NCBI GenBank assembly: GCA_964016885.1 | Contig: OZ024746.1 | Location: 89,838,001-89,902,000 of the forward strand | Length of the DNA: 64,000 nt | Direction of reading: 5' to 3' | Origin: Eledone cirrhosa | Lineage: Eukaryota | Shown: positions 56,008 to 64,000 of the stretch, piece after piece | Layout of the letters: every line of letters begins with the position of its first letter | Numbering within the stretch: the stretch's first letter is position 1 | Position numbers and translations under genes: made by a program | The notes under the pieces: generated by a model | Told to the model about the DNA's origin: nothing | What the model saw: only the letters and a program-made list of their open reading frames with translations | Database searches by the model: none

Positions 56008-56037
<30 letters not shown>

Positions 56038-56038
<1 letters not shown>

Positions 56039-56936
56039 CGTTTCTGAATTTGTTTAGCAAGATTCTTTATCTGAAAACGTGTGTTGGAACCGATATTATT
56101 ATGCTTTGGGAGGGTCATGTTGCCAATAAGAAGCAAGCACCAATCGCTTTCACTTCAATTTATTATAAATTAAATTTATAAATTTAGGAATTTATAAATT
56201 TCCGGTTGGTTGGTTCCACAACCAGACGATTATTCATATATTGTCAAAGTTCTTTTGTCACACATTCTGTGACCTCTTCAGTGACTGGGGATTATTTTCT
56301 TAGTTTTTGTGCGTCTCCTTTGTTCTGTCCTACGCCATCTTGTTTTTGTGTGTTTTGTGTGCTTAGTTTGCGCATGTGTTACATCCGGGTGTCTGTGTGT
56401 GATTATATTTGTTTATTTATTTGTTTATTTACATGTTACTGGTTGGTTGTTTGTTCTATGTGTGTGTGTGTTTTCATTTTGTCCTTAATTGTAAGTTGTG
56501 ATGTTGCTGTTCCATGGATGTTTTCTATTTAATTTTGGTTGGAGTTCATTTATGTTTATTGCCTCTGTGATTTGTCTAAATATTGCGTCTTTTCTGTGTG
56601 TAGATTCTATTTTTATTTTTATGTATATATACACACAGGCACCCGGATGTAACACAAGCGCAAACTAAGCACACAACACACACACAAACAAGATGGCGTA
56701 GGACAGAACAAAGGAGAGGCACAAAAACAAAGAAAAGAATCCCCAGTCATTGAAAAGGTCACATAATGTGTGATGAAATAACTTTGACAATATATGAACA
56801 ATCGACTGATTGTGGAACCAACCATCCAACCGGAAATTTATATATTCCTAAATTTATAAATTTAATGTATAATAAATTGAAGTGAAAAGAACTGGTGCGT
56901 GTGTTTCATATTGGCAACATGACCCTCCCAAAGCAT

Positions 56937-56943
<7 letters not shown>
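56038..56943. mobile_element. Second fold-back pair of PLE family B ends (minus arm 56038-56618 including GIY-YIG C-terminus; plus arm ~56625-56943)
   Basis: The minus arm encodes KIKIESTHRKDAIFRQITEAININELQPKLNRKHPWN, homologous to the family A C-terminus. HHR cores are mutated in both arms (56243-56285, 56746-56788). Confidence 0.88.
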
Positions 56944-56999
<56 letters not shown>

Positions 57000-57001
<2 letters not shown>

Positions 57002-57248
57002 AAAGTTTTATTTAAAATTGTTGGGTTACAACAAGTAAATATTTTATAACTGATATAAAGCACTCGACAAGGCAGCCTCCTAATTTAATGGTCGCTTATA
57101 TTATGGTACGTCAAAATTATTTATAAAACTGTTTATATATTGTATTTTATCTGACGAAGGCATGCCATATCTGTAATATGGTATCCCTGAAATATGTATG
57201 ATGAAATAAATATGGTTTTATAAATATAGTTTCCATTTGTTTAATATC

Positions 57249-57250
<2 letters not shown>
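57000..57250. mobile_element. Mini PLE family C insertion: inverted tail (57000-57070) + forward pLTR with HHR motif (57144-57207)
   Basis: 57000-57070 is the reverse complement of about 53560-53628; 57120-57250 matches 53410-53542. Confidence 0.8.
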
Positions 57251-57320
<70 letters not shown>

Positions 57321-57363
57321 GGTGCAAAATGGAGGTGTTACATGAGATTTGTTAGTCGATCAG

Positions 57364-57686
57364 CCGGTTACAAATGTTTCTCAAGCAGCCGGATCGGGAT
57401 CTTGGAGGCATCCCAGAACAGACAGCACATATATTTCCTTATTTCTATTCCTTATTTTCGTTTTTCTTTATCATGGTTATTTTCTTGTAATGCTCGTGAA
57501 TGTCCGTTGGATTCTAGGCACGTGATTGGTTATTCCATATGTTTGTTTGTGTGTTGCTGTTTCGTCCACAGATCTGATGCAATTGTTGTTGTGTTAATAC
57601 TGTTCTGAGAATCAAGAAGACTTGGAGTCAGGTCGGGGATGCCTCAGAGATCATGAGACGGCTGCTTGATAAACATTTGTAACCGG
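57364..57686. repeat. ~50-bp imperfect inverted repeat within a TA-flanked insertion (57317-57812)
   Basis: ccggttacaaatgttt.tcaagcagccg...gaggcatccc versus gggatgcctc...cggctgcttga.aaacatttgtaaccgg. Confidence 0.7.
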
Positions 57687-57810
57687 GTTCAGCAATAAAT
57701 CTCGTAAGTAACTACTTCACTTTATTCTTATTATATACAACCTGCTCTACATAGAGCGCTGACCTTGGTACACCCACCAATTTTCTGAGGACTTACTGAA
57801 CCTGTTGCAC

Positions 57811-57870
<60 letters not shown>

Positions 57871-58897
57871 TAAGATACCTCATGGCTTCAACTCGTGTCC
57901 AGATATTTCATTTCAGACTATTCTAGACCATGTTACTACAAATTAAAAGATACAGATCATTGAATCTGTGAGAATATATGCTAGGAAATGTACTCCAAAA
58001 CATAATGCGGAATCATAATGTAACATGCTAATATTCCAATGGTAATTTCTCATTAGAGAGCTAATTCATCATTCCTTAAATGCACCAATTTATGTATTAG
58101 TCAATAATCATGTTCATAATCCTAATGCTAGTTCTAAAGTAATGACTTATATTTTAGGAGCCGGGAAGAGTTTTATCCTTGGTGATGCTTTATACAATAT
58201 GCTTCACATAGCTGACCGTTTTAAAGTCAGAAGCAAACCTATGAAATATTTATCGAAATTATATGATAGCTCAATGCTACCTGGCAAATATATATATATA
58301 TCTACTATCTATTTGAGAGCGTATGTGTTTACGTAACTATGTATGCACCGGGATGGCTCCCAAACAGTTTGGGCTATACAAAAGTAGTGCTTGATTTTCG
58401 AATGGAATTGCTACTTATTATTAAAAAAATATATAATTTGCAAGAAATATAACCCAACGGTCAAAGTTTCCATAATTGAATGTTATTAGAAGCCACCAAC
58501 GTGTATAGTAATGGACTATCCAAATGCGCAGAGCGAAAAAGGTGACAGTTAGCCAATTAGAATATGGAATGTTTTTTGTCATCTTCCGTCTTTCACTTTG
58601 TATAATGTCTCTGTCACATTTTGTCGCAGCGTGGGTTAGTTGTTATGTCATTCGGCTGACGATCGAAATGTTGTGAGTTTCATTGCCCTCAAAATGAATT
58701 GGAAGTATAGGAAGTATAAAGCATCTTCACATCTATGCACTAAATGGAAAAACAAACAAAAAAAGAAAACATCGTTTATCGAGAAGTGATAAATTGCCCC
58801 CAAATAATGCAGACATTCTGATCAACGGGCCTATCCATCGAGGAAGATCTTATTAAAGACGGGAGAATGAAAATAATTATTTTCTTAATTCTGTGTG

Positions 58898-59050
58898 TTT
58901 AAATTTATAAATTTAATTTCTAATAAATTGAAGTGAAAGCAGCTTGTGCGTGTGTTTCTTATTGGCAACATGACCTCCCAAAGTATAATAATATCGGTTT
59001 CAACACACGTTTTCAGATAAAGAATCTTGCTAAACACATTCAGAAACGAA
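58898..59050 (+). mobile_element. PLE family B pLTR end with extension
   Basis: taataaattgaagtgaaagcagc...catgacctcccaaagtataa..atatcggtttcaacacacgttttcagataaagaatcttgc. Confidence 0.85.
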
Positions 59051-59119
59051 ATATATATATATATATATATATAAATAAATTAATTAATAATAAATTAATT
59101 AATAATAGACAAATATATG

Positions 59120-59150
<31 letters not shown>

Positions 59151-59188
59151 CTCTCTCTCTCTCCCTTTCTATCTCTCTCAGTCTCTCT

Positions 59189-59251
<63 letters not shown>

Positions 59252-59505
59252 TAGATAGATATATACATATATAGATACGTATATTTGTCTATTAGTAATT
59301 AACTTTTCTGTCTAGATTTGAAAACTTAAAATTTAATTGGTGTTTTTTGTACTTGGCTAGTTGACAATTATTTCAACATTTATAGCAGTCCGGATGGATT
59401 TGAGGCCTCCCCAAGTCTAACCGGACTGGAAACGGCTAGATGTCTCGTCTCTCGGCCTTTTCAGCCCATGGATTGTGTCTATTATATTCCTGTGTTAAAT
59501 TTCGA

Positions 59506-59570
59506 ATACCTGATGATGTCACCGGATTCACACTGAACGCGGTCATTGGTCATCGAAATGTTAATAGTAT
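59506..59570 (+). ncRNA. Type I hammerhead ribozyme candidate (orphan pLTR)
   Basis: ATAC-CTGATGA-...-c-GAAA-TGTTAA-TA-GTAT followed by AATAAA; stem II imperfect. Confidence 0.6.
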
Positions 59571-59609
59571 AATAAACCTTTAAGGAATTACACCAGTTCA
59601 GCCTCTTAT

Positions 59610-59649
<40 letters not shown>

Positions 59650-60766
59650 AAATAACAATATATATACAATATATATATAATATGCAAAGAGCCATGTGTT
59701 CATGCGTGTAGAGGTGATACAATAACTTATAACATAGGGTGCAGACTCTTAAACACGATAAAACAAGTTGGCCATCGGTCACTACATATACTCCTCACAC
59801 ACACACACGAACGCACACACAACACAATAAAACGTTTCACAATAGACTGCAGGACATGCACGAATTTACATTAGTGATACTAACATTTAGATATCGGGGA
59901 AACCACCACTGGTTGAGGACTATATCGATATTTTTTATATTTAAAAAAATAATGATTTGATGTATTAATAGCTTGGTAGTAGCTGCATTAATTTTATTGA
60001 TATCCCTAATCGTTATGTTTGATTATTGCATTCACGCTATTAAATCTGTATACATATATGCTCTATCTGTAATTTATTTCAGTTTACATTGTGTGGCATT
60101 GTGCAACACGCTATTACATTGCCAGAGTTAAATAAAGAATATTTTGGGTGTGTTATGTCGTAAATCTATTAGTGCGCAGAGACAGACACGCACACACATA
60201 ATAACATTAAATATGTTTCACGATTCTATGAATCGGAGACGAGATCACATAGGAAACATATCGGATGATCTTTCGATTAGAGAGTCAGGTTCGATCAATA
60301 ATAGTTGGTCCCTCTAGCTGATCGATAGTGAAACGCATGTAATATGTTATTAATCATGTTATGATGCAACAACACTGAATCCGTGTTCCTACCTGTTTTG
60401 TTGTGTCCTAATGTCACAGGGATGAATGGTTTCGACGTTAATGCACCGAAGTCATAGGGATTTTCAGAGGTTGATTGAAGAGATGGGATTATCCGTCTGC
60501 CGGTTTGTTTTCTTAATGTCTTTACATTGTGGGCCCCTAAATCGAATTTATACATATATGATGGAGACTCTCGTCGTGTTCATCGCATGAGAACCAAATC
60601 ATTTTGCTTTCTTTCTATCCACAACTATTTTTTGAGAATATTCGGCAAGCTTGTATCACACCGGTCCATTAAACACCTTATTCTTCCACGTGAAAACAAA
60701 TATTTTAAAGACAAATGATGAGGAAAATATCTAGTCCGTTCATTTGTTTTCTATATCGTATCCACA

Positions 60767-60872
<106 letters not shown>

Positions 60873-62442
60873 GCACACACACATACATACACGCACCCCC
60901 ATATATATATATGTTCGAGAATTAGAAATTGATTCATAAAACGAAATAGGATGCATATAAATGTTTCATTTCCCATAATTACTCTGGAATTTGACATTCG
61001 ATTCTACCCGTAATTTCCACCAGATCTGAAACACACATTAATACGGAAGTGATCTTATAAGTAACGTTTAGTTGTCTTTTCTCTTTATTCGAAATCGCAA
61101 CTTGCAATTATTCAAAAGAATTAACGTGGCATATTAATGGAACATACTTAAACTGATTTCAACGTAAAAGATCACAACCAATGGAAGAAGCGAATCACAT
61201 GAGTTTTGTTAAATTGATTATCAATTATTACTGCTTCCTTATCTTCTGTTTAGATTATATAGAAGAGATGGAAAATTTCCGTGCTTAATAGCGATCTTAA
61301 TCGTACCTTCCGTTTGAGGCATAAAGGAAATTGACAGGAATGATATTTAAAGAAAATATTTTAATGTGTTGTGAGTTGATAGAATTAAAGTAATTTAAAA
61401 AGGCTTAAATCTGAGGTTAAGAGAATAAATCAATATGTTGTAAACAAAAGCAAACTAAGATAAAATAAGTGATGAAACAATTCCATATTATTTAATACAA
61501 AACAATCTTTGACGTAAATAATCAATTATTATTGTTGTATTTTTTTTACAATTTTGAAGATTAATTGAGGTTACTTGAAAAACAACGTAGGAGTGGAAGT
61601 GTCCAAGTAGTTCGTTTATATACTTTTTTAATAGTAATGATTCTATTTTCAAATTTTATAATAATAATTTGTATATGATTATTGAAGTCAACACTATTTG
61701 TATACAGTCAATGATTCTGTAAGAAAGAAAAATAAAAACTCATACCACACTGGTTAATGTTGTGGCATCATGATATATAATATACTTATCCAGAACGCAA
61801 ATTATACTACCCTCTTTCTACCATTCATTAATTAGGGCCGCAAGAATTCTCAAATGAACCGTTTATGTATAGAATCCTTCGGAATATTGTTAATACTAAG
61901 CACTACCATAACATGATAAAGTAAGTTTCATGCAAGTAATGAGAGGTAATCCATCATATTTTTATGCTTTGCTTCCTTCTTTCGAATAAAGCAAGCACCA
62001 TAATTACAAATATTACAAATATTAATAATAGAAGTGGGATGTTTTCATTTTGATTATGTGTTTTTAAAATAGGCAAAGTGTCTCCTATATACAAAAGCAA
62101 ACATGTCATTTCATGAGTAATAAAAGTATTTTAATCTGACATTTACAGTGTGAAATATATAGTGTAAGTCAACCAGTACCCACCTATCGAAACTTATATT
62201 GTAAAATGTTTCAGATCTGTTAATATAAAACTATATATATATCAATGTCGATGTATGGGCATTCTTCTTTATGAGGAATGAACTTAACGAAAAATATGAC
62301 ACGTCTCAATGGATACATACTTCTTATATATGATTGACATATTCATTTTTTACACGGTTAAGGTGGATCGGACATGTCCATTGAAGTAAAGTAGACGGCT
62401 AGGCTAGAGGGCAACGTGAATAGTACTACAAATTATACATAT

Positions 62443-62486
<44 letters not shown>

Positions 62487-62488
<2 letters not shown>

Positions 62489-64000
62489 TCTCGCCGGACG
62501 CCTCATCGTGGCGAAGGGGTGCCAACCACTTATCTTATTGGGCAAAGAATCGGCAAATACAGGCGGCAGGCGTCGGGTTAGAAACCCAGCACTGCTGTAA
62601 AAATTCTAACCGCTAAAGAAACAGCAAGAAAAAAAAAAATGAAAAAAAAAACGATCTGCGTAAAGATGAAGGCGTGGGAAACACTCCACTCGTGACGGAC
62701 CTCAACTAAAGCCGAACGTACGTTGGTGTTCCGATAAGCCGGATTCTGAGCACCAAAACAATGATGCAAATTGTAACTTGGAACGTGCGTACACTATACT
62801 TCGCGAGTTCGACCACTACCTGCTGGACATTCTGGGCGTGAGTGAAATGTGCTGGAGCGACAGCAGAAAGATGAGTTCCAGCGGAGACACAATTCTGCTC
62901 TACTCTTGACACCAAGACAAGTATGATCATGGCGTTGGACTTGTGCTTAGCGCCACAGAAACTCGAGCATTGATCGGATGGGAGCCAGTCAGCGAGCATA
63001 TTATAACCTCCCATTTTCAAAGTGGGCATGCGAAAATCATTTTTGTTCAGGGTTACGCAACGATTGATGACGCAACCGACATCGACAAGGACGCCGTCTA
63101 TAAACAGCTGCAGAACACATTTAATAACTTGCCCAGCCATGACATCAAGCTACTGATCGGTGATTTAAAAGCTCAGATTTGCTACAACAGACAGGGACTG
63201 GAACAGGTCACTGGGCCATTCGGTTCTGCTGCGGTCACCAAGGACAACGGGGAGTTGACTGCAGCTGTTTTGTGCCATCAGCAGCTTGTGCATTAGCCAC
63301 ACCTATTTCAAACAAAAGGCGGTTCACAAGGTTATTTTGCAGTCTGCGGACCAAAAAAGCCGAAATGAATTCGACTAGATCTGCATCAACCAGCGCTGGC
63401 GGTCCTCGGTACATGACCTCAGAGTGCATCGAGTTGCGGACGTGGGATCAGACCACCACCTACTGCGTGCGGAACTTCAGCTGCGCCTGAAGAATCGGAC
63501 ACGACAGGAAAGACCAAAGCCATATGCAGTGGAGAAGCTGAAAAAACCCGGCCAAGCGCGACTGTACCAACTGGAGCTACACAACCGATTCCAGCAGTTG
63601 AGTGAGGCTGCAGATCTGGAAGATCAATGGGCGATGTTCACGACAGCGGTGACTTAGGCGGCACAAGAAACTATTGGCCGAAGACGAGGAACGAAGAGGG
63701 AAAAATGGATCCAAGAACCAACGTGGAACCTGATTGACAGATGATTAAAGGCAAATGTCGAGCGAGATTCTGCCACATCGGAAGAAGACCACAAGAAAAG
63801 AGATGCCGTATAGCGCCAAATCGACCGACTGGTAAAGCGAACCTGCATGCGGGACAAACGTGACTGGCTGGAGAAGAAAAGTGCTGAGGCAGAGGAAGCT
63901 GCTGGTCAAAACGACACAAAAGCACTGTTCCGCATCGTGAGGGAGTTGACAGGAATGTCGAGCGGTGCCAGCATGACAGTGAAGGACACAAATGGCAGAC
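62487..64000 (+). mobile_element. RTE-clade LINE 5' part (5' UTR + AP endonuclease), degenerate, runs off the window
   Basis: MQIVTWNVRTL, DILGVSE, HGVGLVL, GWEPVSEHII, VQGYA, LLIGDLKA, RVADVGSDHHLL; stops and frameshifts; starts right after (TA)n. Confidence 0.9.

Larger units (their letters stand above)
54392..56011 (-). mobile_element. Retrozyme-like tandem array: 483-bp unit x 3.35, one hammerhead per unit
   Basis: Units start at 54396, 54879, 55362 and 55845. About 8 differences between units 1 and 2; flanked by (TA)n on both sides. Confidence 0.9.

Noticed and set aside
54392-56011. CRISPR array or rDNA/snRNA gene cluster interpretation
   Set aside because: No unique spacers, eukaryotic context, and no recognisable 5S, snRNA or tRNA sequence in the unit.
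58158-58284. GAGKSF Walker-A-like exon candidate
   Set aside because: Short, no canonical GT donor and no further NTPase motifs; compatible with chance.

Overview
AT-rich eukaryotic (animal) non-coding DNA, dense in (TA)n/(CA)n microsatellites and retroelements. The tRNA-derived SINE family and the repeat landscape resemble octopus/coleoid cephalopod DNA (inference, no search run). No intact host gene can be supported, and most ORF-track entries are microsatellite artefacts. Content: at least six Penelope-like element (PLE) remnants with RT and/or GIY-YIG coding sequence, RTE-type LINEs (one near full length), decayed L1/Tx1-like RT fragments, about 12 copies of one SINE, and several long inverted repeats. 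The main signal is a set of type I hammerhead ribozyme (HHR) motifs from several unrelated families. The best is a young 483-bp x 3.35 tandem array (54392-56011) with one minus-strand HHR per unit, a palindromic stem III, and a diverged monomer at 11.2 kb showing stem II covariation. This fits a retrozyme-like, circular-RNA-producing non-autonomous retroelement. Several PLE ends also form fold-back pairs with a consistent arm asymmetry, and an HDV-like ribozyme candidate lies at the 5' end of an RTE LINE. All structures were read by eye, so coordinates may be off by a few bases.
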